64,000 nucleotides of DNA from Trichoplax sp. H2 (Eukaryota): positions 62,001-126,000 of the forward strand of contig NOWV01000029.1 in NCBI GenBank assembly GCA_003344405.1, given 5' to 3'. The translations under genes and the position numbers were made by a program. This document shows, piece after piece, positions 1-12,234 of this stretch. Under the pieces are notes generated by a model, which was given only the letters and a program-made list of their open reading frames with translations, did not search any database and was not told the origin of the DNA. How positions within the stretch are numbered: the stretch's first letter is position 1; the number at the start of each line of letters is the position of its first letter.

Positions 1-1055
1 GTTCATTTTGAACAGGTCCAGACAGACACGTCCTTTCATTTTTGAAACTCTTCCATTTATGCTCTACTGATCTGAGTTTTAAGTGGCATTTTCTTCTAAA
101 ATTATATTCACATTCTGATAAGCTTAACAAATCGCCGCCAATAAAAGGAAATGCCGGCACTAAGTTACTTCAATTTAGGTGCAACTAATTTATGAGTGAG
201 TTTTAAGCGGCATTTTCTTCTATAATTATTTTTACATTCTGATAAGCTTAACAAATCGCCGCCAATAAAAGGAAATGCTGGCACCAAGTTACTTCAATTT
301 AGGTGCAACTAATTTATGAGTGAATTTTAAGTGGCATTTTCTTCTATAATTATTTTTTACATTCTGATAAGCTTAATNNNNNNNNNNNNNNNNNNNNGTC
401 AATGTCAGGTAGCACTGAATTCAATACTAGTCCATTTTGAACAGGTCCAGACAGACACGTCCTTTCATTTTTGAAACTCTTCCATTTATGCTCTACTGAT
501 CTGAGTTTTAAGTGGCATTTTCTTCTAAAATTATTTTTACATTCTGGCAAGCTTAATACGTCCTCTCATTTTTGAAACTCTTCCATTTATGCTCTATTGA
601 TCTGAGTGAGTTTTAAGTGGCATTTTCTTCTAAAATTATTTTTACATTCTGATAAGCTTAATACGTCCTTTCATTTTTGAAGCTCTTCCATTTATGCTCT
701 ACTGATCTGAGTTTTAAGTGGCATTTTCTTCTAAAATTATATTCAAATTCTGATAAGCTTAACAAATCGCCGCCAATAAAAGGAAATGCTGGCACCAAGT
801 TACTTCAATTTAGGTGCAACTAATTTATGAGTGAATTTTAAGTGGCATTTTCTTCTATAATTATTTTTTACATTCTGATAAGCTTAATTCGTCCTTTCAT
901 TTTTGAAAATCTTCCATTTATGCTCTACAGATCTGAGTTTTAAGTGGCATTTTCTTCTAAAATTATTTTTAAATTCTGATAAGCTTAACAAATTGCCGCC
1001 AATAAAAGGAAATGCCGACACTGAGTTACTTCAATTTAGGTGCCACTAATTTATA
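1..1055. repeat. Composite tandem repeat / satellite-like array at window start
   Basis: Two modules alternate irregularly: A 'acgtcctttcatttttgaaactcttccatttatgctctactgatctgag' and B 'caaatcgccgccaataaaaggaaatgctggcaccaagttacttcaatttaggtgcaactaatttat'. Each is followed by the shared block 'ttttaagtggcattttcttcta...attctgataagcttaa'. An N gap at 378-397 interrupts the array. Confidence 0.9.
378..397. other. Assembly gap (20 N)
   Basis: Run of n inside the tandem repeat. Confidence 0.99.
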
Positions 1056-1129
1056 TCTAGTCCTTCATTAAGAGCGACAGATGACCTGCTTCATTGCCAG
1101 TCAGTCAGTTACAGTTAGTTGACTCTCAA

Positions 1130-1480
1130 TCCGTCAATAGTGACGCATTGAAGAGCATAGCGTTGGAAATTAAGTGACCCTATTAGGTGACCCTATCTTA
1201 GCAGTAGCGACCTCTGATTGGTGGGAAGTGAATACTAATCGATCGTTTGACTTTAGGCAAGCGAGTTTATTACGTCATTTCATGAAATGTAGAGCACGTC
1301 ACTCTTGCGCTTCATCTTTATCAGTAAGGTCACATTTTAGCCAATGATGCTGTCACTAAAATGGAGATATATATTATTCTTACGACAAAAATACATCGGA
1401 AATATTTCTAGATATTTCCGTGGTCTTCTTGGATCTTGAACTACTTATCAAGATCAGTTCTCCGTAACCAATGTAAGCTT
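1130..1480 (+). promoter_or_regulatory. Putative promoter-like, CpG-richer segment
   Basis: Cluster of CRE/ATF-like cores (tgacgca, tacgtca, cacgtca), CCAAT boxes (gattgg, ccaat), a direct repeat gtgaccctat x2 and a YY1-like aaaatgg, followed by a gtaagc donor-like site near 1473. Target gene unknown; possibly the PRRT-like gene. Confidence 0.3.
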
Positions 1481-4400
1481 TTTCTTTAAGCTTGACGTAG
1501 CAATAATCTAAGCCATCTCCTTACGTATAAACGATCCATTATCAAACTCTTTTTACAGTAAAAAATAACTCGCTTTTATATATTCTATCTATATTCGCGA
1601 GCAGCTACAAGATATATATGTTGAACATATTAGTCTATAGAGCTTAATACTAATCAAAAATATTAGCTGGCGTTCATTTTTAGATCTAAATTTGTATAGT
1701 TTCTTGCTCTCCTTTTGAAATACCTTTCAGCATGCATATAGCAGTCGATTAAATGACCATCAAAACACTAATCTGACCTTTGAGCTCCTTTTAAATCAGG
1801 TATCCAACTAATTTCCCTACCCTTATCCAATAATGAATTAGTTTGCAATTTTACAAGTAATATTAATCTACATATGTATACGCGTATACAGCATTATTAT
1901 GAGTCATGGTACGAGTACTGTGACAAGCATACAGGCTGATCTAGAACCTTGATGACAGGCTATCTACTCAGTATAACAATTAATAGAATGTAGTTATACT
2001 GCTTGGCGAATCAACAACGTGACAGATATCGATTTAAAATCGAAGCTGCCCTTCTATTTACGCAATGGCTGTTTGCCTTGTAAAAAAATAAATTAAATTA
2101 GCCAAACTTGACGATTAAGGTTTCTTAGAATTTTTGATATATTTCAAATATTGACTCTATACCAATAAAACTTCTTCGCTTTTGTATTTCATTGGTTGAC
2201 AATCCAAATGTAATTAAATTACCTTTTTGGCGTTTAAAAGCTACATAATTGGCGAATCTTAGGCGATTAATTAATTTGTTCTCATATCATTCTGTAAGTT
2301 AGTACCATAAAAATGAAAATGAAATAAAATCGAATTATCGACAACATTTTTTCTTGGCGAATTTACAATTAAAAGCATCAACTAGTCTGTTCTCACCAAA
2401 TTCTTGATTAATTTCTTGTCCTATTAATAGGTATAATCAGCTTATTCATAAAATCGATTAAAATATGACATTTTGCCCAAAGAAAATCTTCAATTAGACG
2501 AATACTATATTCATCACTGAAAGTTGCAAAGTGTGTAAGTAGCGAATTGGCGTATAGATGAACGACGGTAGGTATTTACTTTGAAAAAATTATCTAGCTA
2601 AAATCGCATCCATTGTAGGTCTAAGGAAATGATTCGAAAGAAAATCTTTTAATTTTCTCTTCAATAGCCCAAATTTGCGTACGATGAATAATCACAGTCA
2701 TAATTATCGACTTAAATGATCTTTACAACTAGGTAGCCTATTACCATCACTCAATTCTCAATTTCCAACCAGGACGCCCACATCTGAAAGGTATACGCTT
2801 TAATTATTTAGGCAGGCCATATTCCTATTTTAATTAGTGTAGATCACAAGACGATTGTTAGTGTTTATACTCTCAAGTTACAATAAGCCATATCTAAATG
2901 GATTGGCTAGACCGATTATTCAAAATATGGATCAAAACAGCAATTGAATTGGGCACGTATTTTTAATTTCAAAGTGCGATGCTATCAATACTAAGCTATT
3001 TGCAAGATTGATTGATTTTATTACTCTAGCTGTTCCTAGGAAACAGGTATATCATATGTCAATAGGGAATCCATTGGCCAGCTATTTTTGTACCGAATTC
3101 AAATCAGGAATTAATTTATGTCTTTACAGAAATACTTCAATAATTTTTTTCCATAAGGTTGACTGCTCTCATAGCTGATAATAATCAGCTATTCAGAACC
3201 CAAATCGCTAGAGAATATGCAAATATCCATTTTATAACGAAAGTATATTGGATCTGGGTAAGTTACCATAATAACGACTAAACCTCTTCGCTACTTTTTT
3301 GTAATTAGTGCCATTATTGACTTCTATTTCGTCACTTGCCAAACTAAAATAATACATATAATCTTCGATTTCTTTGCATTTATAATACAATATCCATCTA
3401 AAATAATGTTAATCAGACTTTACGGTCCATTTTTGAAATATTTAAGGAGCATTCCCATTAGTGAAAAATAGCATATTATTTTTACTCTTTACGATTTTTT
3501 CAAGAGTACTATTTTAGCGCAAATCAGATTGCAGTCTTTCAATTGCTAATGTCACACTATATCACTGTATTCTATAGCACATAACTACTATAATTAGCTG
3601 AAATCATCACGTATAACCATCTCTGCCCCTTCTCAAGCGAAGATACAATGCACTAACGGTTCTACTCACTTAATATCACCTTTACTCAAAGGAGATAATC
3701 CACTCTATACAATCCCTTTCCGCGATTTAAAATTTTTTTTCTTCTTTCTTGTGCTACGGGGTATTCTAACAAGTTCCTAGATAATATGGCGTCATATACA
3801 CTATACACATGCAATGCATATTTATCGATACACAGTGAATATTTCTTTCTCTGTTGACAATGTATTTACAATATACCCAACATAACCCAAATTTTCTCCA
3901 TTGTTTATGACGCAGGGTTTCAGTAATTTATCGGCGTAAAATCGAATATTATGCCATATATTAACGACTAACAATGCCGTTTATTTTAGCGATATTATAT
4001 GTCCAATACATGCTGATAGAACTCCCATAGTAAAGACGTATATTCCCACATCATCCATAACAACTATAAAAATAATATATCGGATTCATTTCTATCGATA
4101 AAATGAGCTACGCTTTAACTACTGAATTAAAAATAACTTACTAATTGCTATTCAATAGTTAAGTGACATTACCAGCGCTACAATAAGTCATTGATGTAAT
4201 TTCGACTAGTTAAACTTAAATATTTGAAAATATAATCCACGAAATATTTTGCAAGATTATATATATAATGCTGTTCCATAGTTTGCAATAGTTAAATAGA
4301 AATTAAGCGATAAAGAGTTTTATCATTGATTGCATTCCTTACAATTAGCGTCTGTTTATTTGTAATTCCATACTTGCAGTTACATCACAGCTAACTACAC

Positions 4401-7400
4401 TAAATTTTGTTTTTCATACGTATATATGCATATACAGTATATAGGTCAAAATTTAATTGCAATCTAAAAATATGCATGCAACTACGAAAATTAATTTATA
4501 AATTTGAGATTATATTGCAATTATAGCTCACTTTCAGATGTAGGCTTATTTGTACATACGTACACAGAACTGTATATCTACTATTTCATCTCTATAATAC
4601 AACATATGCCTTGTACTCTATGCATGTTTATACTTAATATCTTTTAGAAAATCTATTTTATATTTATGTAAATTAATATTTACGCATATAAAGACTCTTT
4701 CGGTATCAATACTTAGTATATTCAATTCACTTGTACATTCAAAATCCAACGGAAGCTATTCTACTAATAAAAATCTGTATATTAATAAGTATATATAGTA
4801 AAATGCTATGCCATTAACCCTCGTAAAGCGATCATTTACGCTCATAAAAAATTCAAGTTTAAATTAAACCATCAGTCTAGCCTAAAATATTATTTCCTTT
4901 CTTATTTTCTATTATTACGAAATGCGTAAATACTAGTATGACTGATTTTACTAGATGTATCATTAACTTCAAGATTGAGTATTTGAAATTTATTTTACTA
5001 CACTCACAATTTGATGTCATCCCACTTAAATTCCCTTTTTCTGGACAATTCACAATGGAAAATAATAAATTTTATTGACCAGAAAGGTCAGTTATGTAAA
5101 GTTATAACAGCCTTTAAATATCACTATAAACCTAGTTATTGATCAATGATACCTATTATTGTTCGACAGAATAAAAGCATAAGCTGATCCAGTATCATAT
5201 TCATTAATCAAAATTATAGAAATAAACAATTATAAGAAGCAAGACAGGCACAGCCATATGTCAAATCAAGATTAAAAATCGAAAACAAAATATATGAAAT
5301 TAGGCACTTTAATTGACTAAAGTCATTAATATCGTCATGAGAATATGATAATATTTCTATTTCTATAGCAATTTATCTCAAAGTGGGTAATCAAATATAA
5401 AGATTAGTTCAATCTCATATTTACTCTTGCAATTCTTTGATTTACAAGCAATGTAATGTCTGTTGCAGAGGCTATCATATTTTTCTTCTCAATCGATTTC
5501 ATGATCGTTGCCATCATATCCAACAATGGTAACTTGTCTTTTATAATAATAAAAGTTTAATAATCTCCTGATCTATTGTAATTCAAGAGTAAAATGTTGT
5601 TTTTATATATTCTTTCCATTATTCATCCGTCTAACCTTGATCGTACTATTGAACTGCAAAATTGAATAGGTAGAAGTTATATTAAACTCCTCTCTTGAAG
5701 TGATAAAAAAATAGAACCAATTCAATAAGTCAATATTTTTCTCCATTGAATAATATATTGATCAAGTTATGATAATAGCGCTAAAAAATAAAGGCATAAA
5801 CCCAATATTTCTTTTTCCCATCGTTAAGACAATTCATTATAAGTCTGTATTTGATCAGCATCATTTTAAATTTAAAAACAGGTGCAACGAATAAATTAAT
5901 AACAGAAATTTTTTTAATTTTGTGTTTGATCGCTAACATTCAATGGCAAGTACAGCCGAGATGTATCACCATCATTTAACTATTGTTAACGATTAAAAAT
6001 TTTTCAATTGATAACAATATCAAAAGGAAGTCGGTTGATAGAACTAAATGATCACAGACATGTTAACTACTTCATATAAGCAACCATAAACCACTTCTAG
6101 CCTGCACTAAACTTGTATAGTCTATAGGAATACAGCAGCTAATTTCAATATCTTTCACAATTTCATAAATTTTAATTACTGGTAAAAAAAACGGCAGTAA
6201 TTCACCTAGGTTAGTGTTTTTCATTAAATAAATCTACGACTAGATTAATTAAATCAAATATTAAGCTGACTAAGGACGCATTTCTACATCTTCAAGATTG
6301 GAACTGACAAAACAGAAGAAAAGACGGAGAATTAAACATTCCTAATCTTGCTATTTAAAGTTTCATTGCGCATTAAAAAGGTATTTTTAACAAGAATCAA
6401 TTAACTTCTACATTGCTAATATACAAAGGAAATCGCTACGAAAGAATCTTTGAACATTTTAATCGTAAATATATCCGATTTTCCAAGTTTTCAACATCAG
6501 GTGAAGTTATATCTATAAATCCTTCAAATATATCCTAACATTGATAAAACAGTTCGTAATTTCTCGTTTCTTATTAAGAGCAAAGCTAAGTATGTTATTT
6601 TAGTTTATTATTTCTAATATTAGACCGAAACTGTTTTTACCATTAACTACCACTCCCAACAAACTGCATCACATATACCTTGAATATTATCATATGGTTC
6701 AGCAAGAAATTTAAGATTGACTACTTATTTATAGGGTAGTAAAGGTATATTTACATCAATATCATCCTCAAATTTATTAAGATTGGAATGACAACATGTA
6801 CTTAAAATCGGATAATGTCTTAACTAGCAATTTTGAACATATTATATTAAAATTGACCATGATGTACAGTACATCCAAAAGAAATTAGATCGACTTGATA
6901 TATAGCAATTCCAATCGAAATCTAGTAATTGATTAGGAATTATTCTAGTATCGGCAATACGATAACAAAAGGATAAGAGTACTATAATCATGGTGGATTA
7001 TATTTTCTAGATAGCTCCCGGTAGCTAAAATTGGTAATAGAGTACGTAGTTTATTGTAGTTATAATTACTGCCTATAGTAGCATAAATAATAGAAATAGA
7101 TATCCTGACAAATCAAACTCGAAAGCTTAGAATCTGATTGAGGTCGTTTTATTCACTGCTTAATACTTTAAACTTGGAAAATTTTTTGCAAATGATAAAA
7201 TAAAATCCTGCTATAAATACGCAACATGTTCTATCGTCTTAATTTCGTATATCACGTTACTATAGGTATAATAGGAAAATCAAACAATATTGAATATCAA
7301 TCCTTCCAAATCCCTTGATTTCTATATTCAATGAGGATTTCCACCAAGCTGGGCTACATAGTACTAGATCTATTCAATTAAAATCTATAATTTACGAACT

Positions 7401-10011
7401 TTAATAGGATTAACCCACACTATTCTCATATTTAGACAACATCAAACTAATGTATTCCAATTATCTTAAGAAATAGATAGATTTTCGGAAAACGATAACA
7501 TTAAATATGAAATACTACTTTTGAATATAACACGGATATTATTACTAAACGTTAAATATTCCCAACATATGTTGGCCACGATTGAGGATAAATATTGTTT
7601 AAGATTATATAACTTAATTACAGTAGAAGACCAAGACAAAAATAATACGATATCTCAGATAGAGCTAAAATGAAAACAATACCGTAGAGTAAAATTTCAT
7701 TTAACGTAATTAACAACCAGTAAATTATCTGATGATTACGGTACTATGTAAGTCAAAAATTGATAGACGTTCTAATACTCTGATACATCAATACTCATGT
7801 AAAATGCCCATCTTTTCAAAATTATTATTAAAGTATTAAAGCTAAGCAGGCACGTAGCATTCGAATCAATGCTGGTAAAGATCAACTGTCAAATGTTAGG
7901 ATTAAATAAATATAATTGATCCTCTGCTAAATTATGCTATCATTGTTATTGAAAATGCAAGAAATAATAAATTAATCAACTGTCTTCTATTTGATCAGTT
8001 TTTCTTGCAATATTCCCCATTGGCCGTTATTAATAGTTGAAGTACTAACCATTAAGTTACACGACACTGTAAGTGTTAGAATTAACCGCTATTAAACAAA
8101 CTATAGCTTAAAATACCAAAAGTTATTCTATAAATTTTCTTGCTAGAGTCTTTTCTCATCTTTTGACTGAAATCTTGAAAACTTTGAAATTTTAAATATG
8201 AAATATTCGCATACACGCCTTATTTACTTTTCATAATTGCATTGAAATAAAATCTTCAACGATGCTTGGTATTATAGAATAAATGCAATACTAGATACGC
8301 AATTGATATTAATCAATATAAATTCTACTTAAAGTACGCTTAGTTGTACTATCGAAGCTAATAGAATACTACAATATTGCTTTAGATTAAGACGATATTC
8401 TGTAATAATCTTAAATTTTCTATCTTAATTAGTAAGTTTATATATTATCAAATTTATTTTTAGTTCTACTATTGTCATAATACAGTTTTCGAAACTCTAT
8501 CGCTATCTTTGGTATGCTTATTCCCTTATTTTTCCAGTTTATTATCTAAATTCTATCCTTTTATATTGTAAGATTTTAAGCACTTTAATTACCACGATAC
8601 ACTTACTGGTTCAGTGTGTATCATAAAGATAAAGAATACAAAAGTTCATACTATCTTAAAAGCTAGGAATAAACTTGAAAAGCTGTAATACTTAGACATT
8701 AAAATAGATATTGATATCCTTGGATGTCACGTATGATAGCAAATATATTAATTATTAACGATTGTGGCGCATAATGAACACAAGAAGCTTAAAATATGCT
8801 ATCAAATAATAAATATATAATGTATATTGGATATTTCAAGTCAATCTAATATCAGTGATAATTAATATAACAGTACAGTGAGCTACGTTTCACCACAAGG
8901 CTTGAAGGCAATTGAAATGCAAATTATAAATAGACATTTTGTTTTCCTCACAGAATAACTTAAACCAAAATAATCATACACAATTACTCTTAGGATTCAC
9001 TAAGTAATATTAATTATTAAAACTATCGTACCGTATAATATTATTATTTAACAAGCATACTCATTAATCTACTGTTGAAAGATTCATTAGGGTCTGTTAC
9101 AACTTCCAAATTTTGTAACAAGTACTAGATCTGCACTCAGCAAGGAGACCCAGTAATTAAGTTGAAGAACTAACTTTATTGTTAAAATAAAGAGTTTATA
9201 TACTTTCTTTATTGTGACCTTTGATCTACTGACGTAGATCACAAGATCATCACTAACAGAAAGGTTTCCCTAGTTTATACATTACAAATAGACTATCATG
9301 CCAAGTATGGCAACATGAGAATACATATATAGATAAGCTTAATATAGTACCATAACTACATCTATATACGCCTGACGTGATAACATCGTGATATTTAACC
9401 ATATATAGAAAGAAGATAACATACTAATTATGTAACTATTACAGAACGTGACAGGGTCTAATTTAATGCTTACTCGAAAAATTAATATGCACTATGCATT
9501 TCTGCAAAGATTACAGCATATAATTAAATAAATTACATAAAATTATCCTTACATAAAACTTCAGTTTATGATGCCATAATATCTATGCCATACTAATTAT
9601 CAGAGCGATGAATTACTGAATAGCGAACCCTACTACATTGAGCAATGTGCAAATATTAGTGATTGGGGAAATCAGTTGCAAATTTAGCCTAAGATTTTAA
9701 CTGCCAAAAATCTGGTAATAGCTATAGTTGGATAGATATAGTTCCCTAAAAATCAAACACCGATGAATTAAAGCACTGAAATTATTCGATTCCAAAAGTT
9801 ACAGCATCAGTTTAACGATAATACACGTATCATCCCTTTTTAAGCAATATTAGATATTCTCGTATAGTATATACAATTTTGTTTAACAGAATTTATGATA
9901 ACGATACGAAAATAAATAAAGAACTAAATAATTTTTCTAATTATGCTTTAATTCATTCCTATATTTAATAATTACAGTATTCTAGGAAAGTATTACATCG
10001 ATCTGAAAAAA

Positions 10012-12234
10012 ATGTCAACTACCGACAGTTCGTCTGTAGTAGAAACGGCCGAACCAATCGCAACATCCGAATGGAATTCTAATATATCTACCGAAGCAAC
10101 AAGTGAAGCTGAGCTAACGCCAACAGCGGAAGGAAAAAGTTTGGCCACCGAACCATACACAATCCACCCTGAAACAGAATCAACACCAGAAGTAGAAACA
10201 GCAAATACATTGCATGCTGAAGTTACACCTGAAGGAGAAGCAGTATCGACTCCATATGTTGAGACAGAGGTTACGCCGGAGGCAGAACTAGGATTGACTC
10301 CACTTGCTGAAGTGGAAAGTACACCCGAAGGAGAAACAAGTGCAACCCCTTTCGCTGAAACAGAAGCTACACCAGAAGCTGAAGTCGCTATCATTTCTGT
10401 CCCAGAAGGAGAAGTGACTCCTGAATTAGAAACAGTAGTAACTCCTAATAATGAAACGGAAACTACAGCCGAAGCTGAATCCGCTACGAATTCATTTCCA
10501 GAAGGAGAAGCGACTCCTGAATCAGAAGCAGTAGGGACTCCTTATGCTGAAATAGAAACAACACCAGAAGCTGAATCCGCTATAACTTCTTTCCCAGAAG
10601 GCGAAGTAACTCCAGAATCAGAGATAGGGGTAACTCCTTATGCTGAACTGGAGAGTACGCCGGAAGCTGAAACTGCTATAACACCATTTCCTGAAGTAGA
10701 AACGACACCAGAATCAGAAATAGGCATAACCCCTTATCCTGAAATGGAAACTACACCAGAAGCAGAAACTGAAATAACTCCATTTCCAGAAATAGAAACA
10801 ACCCCAGAATCAGAATTAGGAATAACTCCTTATCCTGAAATGGAAACCACTCCGGAAGCTGAATCTGCCATGACTGCATTCCCCGAAGTAGAAACAACAC
10901 CAGAATCAGAGCTAAGTGCGACTCCTTACCCTGAAATGGAAATGACACCTGAAAGTGAATCCATGTCGACACCATATCCTGAGTTTGAAAATCACCCTAA
11001 TGCAGAAACGGCTGTTACCCCTTATGCTGAGTTTGAATTTACGCCCGAAGCGGAACTATCTACTACCCCAGAAGAGGAATCACCTTTATTACCAGAATCA
11101 GAAGTAACATCAGCACCTGAGGTTGAACTTTCATCCTTTGGTGAAACAAGTCCAGAAACTGAAGTAGAAGTTATTGTATCGGGTGAACCAGAGACAGCTG
11201 TATCTCTTGCTGAACCAACACCTGCATGGACGGAAGCAATTCCGCAATGGGGTGCAGCCTGGCCAATCCATATTTATTTTTTTGGTGCTATTTTTATTCT
11301 AATAGCACTATTCGCTTTATATAGCTTAGTTAAGCCACGAAAGAGAAAATTCAAAGTTATTGGAATGCTATTCAATCGATTGGTATTGTTTTTCTTATTT
11401 GTTTTTGCCACAACACGCGCAATATGTCTACTAGTAGATCCATATCACTCCAAGGGTATCATGCCGCCACTATTATACAATATTATTTGGGCATTAGGTA
11501 GTCCTTGCTTAATCTCATCATTGGGCGTTTATATGATTTTACTTTTAGATGCAAATTATGCCGTGAAAACTTTGCGTTTAGCAAAACTGAACAATTTTTT
11601 AATTGTATGTACGATTTATTTTCTGTTGGTATTTGCCGCTGAATTTATGGCCTATTTCACATCGGCTAATTCTATGGCTTCGAGGATTGTAACATTTATA
11701 TGTCAAGCGTTTTACTTCTTATGGGGAGCATTCTGCAACATCGGTTTTATTATTGCTGCAGTTATGCTGCATCAGCGTGCCATTTTAACAGCCATTGCAT
11801 TGGCTGAATCAAGAAGATTTATTGCCAAGAACTTCGCTAAATCCAATAAAATGTCCAAACTATTTACTTTATCTGTCTCTTGTTCCATAATTGGACTAGC
11901 ATTATCAGCAATTCATTTCTATGCTATGGTAACTTTGTTTAACATGTTTGTTCCTCATCTAAGGGTTTATCCATGGCCTTGGTGGGCATTTCAAACATCT
12001 TATCGTATGATTGAAGTTATTGCAGCATTTATATTATGCAAAGTTGCTACCGTGGCATCAGCAGTGAAACGCTATAGTCATATTCATCGAGAAGGCTTCA
12101 TAGCATCAATCTGCATTAAATTAATGACTTGTTGCGGCAGTTCAAATCGAACAGATTCAGAAATAAGTGCAGTAACTGATATGGATAATCCTTCGTTTAC
12201 GAAAGGCCAGTTAACACTCGTTCACTTAGATTAG
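10012..12234 (+). CDS. PRRT3/PRRT4-like (proline-rich transmembrane) multi-pass, about 7-TM protein with acidic Thr/Pro/Glu repeat ectodomain, 740 aa
   Basis: Long uninterrupted ORF. The C-terminal half has about 7 hydrophobic segments with motifs I recognise from the PRRT3/4 family: W..HIYFFGAIF.L.ALF, R..LLVDPY, PWPWWAFQ..YR..E. The frame stays open upstream past acceptor-like sites (about 9977/9985), so an upstream coding exon is possible. Confidence 0.8.
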   Translation: MSTTDSSSVVETAEPIATSEWNSNISTEATSEAELTPTAEGKSLATEPYTIHPETESTPEVETANTLHAEVTPEGEAVSTPYVETEVTPEAELGLTPLAEVESTPEGETSATPFAETEATPEAEVAIISVPEGEVTPELETVVTPNNETETTAEAESATNSFPEGEATPESEAVGTPYAEIETTPEAESAITSFPEGEVTPESEIGVTPYAELESTPEAETAITPFPEVETTPESEIGITPYPEMETTPEAETEITPFPEIETTPESELGITPYPEMETTPEAESAMTAFPEVETTPESELSATPYPEMEMTPESESMSTPYPEFENHPNAETAVTPYAEFEFTPEAELSTTPEEESPLLPESEVTSAPEVELSSFGETSPETEVEVIVSGEPETAVSLAEPTPAWTEAIPQWGAAWPIHIYFFGAIFILIALFALYSLVKPRKRKFKVIGMLFNRLVLFFLFVFATTRAICLLVDPYHSKGIMPPLLYNIIWALGSPCLISSLGVYMILLLDANYAVKTLRLAKLNNFLIVCTIYFLLVFAAEFMAYFTSANSMASRIVTFICQAFYFLWGAFCNIGFIIAAVMLHQRAILTAIALAESRRFIAKNFAKSNKMSKLFTLSVSCSIIGLALSAIHFYAMVTLFNMFVPHLRVYPWPWWAFQTSYRMIEVIAAFILCKVATVASAVKRYSHIHREGFIASICIKLMTCCGSSNRTDSEISAVTDMDNPSFTKGQLTLVHLD
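10168..11075 (+). repeat. Coding tandem repeat, 48 nt / 16 aa, roughly 18-19 degenerate copies
   Basis: Examples: PEVETTPESEIGITPY / PEMETTPEAETEITPF / PEIETTPESELGITPY / PEMETTPEAESAMTAF. Confidence 0.9.

Noticed and set aside
1..1055. CRISPR-like repeat/spacer interpretation
   Set aside because: Intervening segments are themselves repeated, the context is eukaryotic and there are no cas genes.
3032..3044. X-box-like GTTCCTAGGAAAC
   Set aside because: No nearby gene start or promoter context; likely chance.
9993..10975. Antisense ORFs 9993-10394 and 10751-10975
   Set aside because: Shadows of the repetitive PRRT-like coding strand; no independent coding signal.
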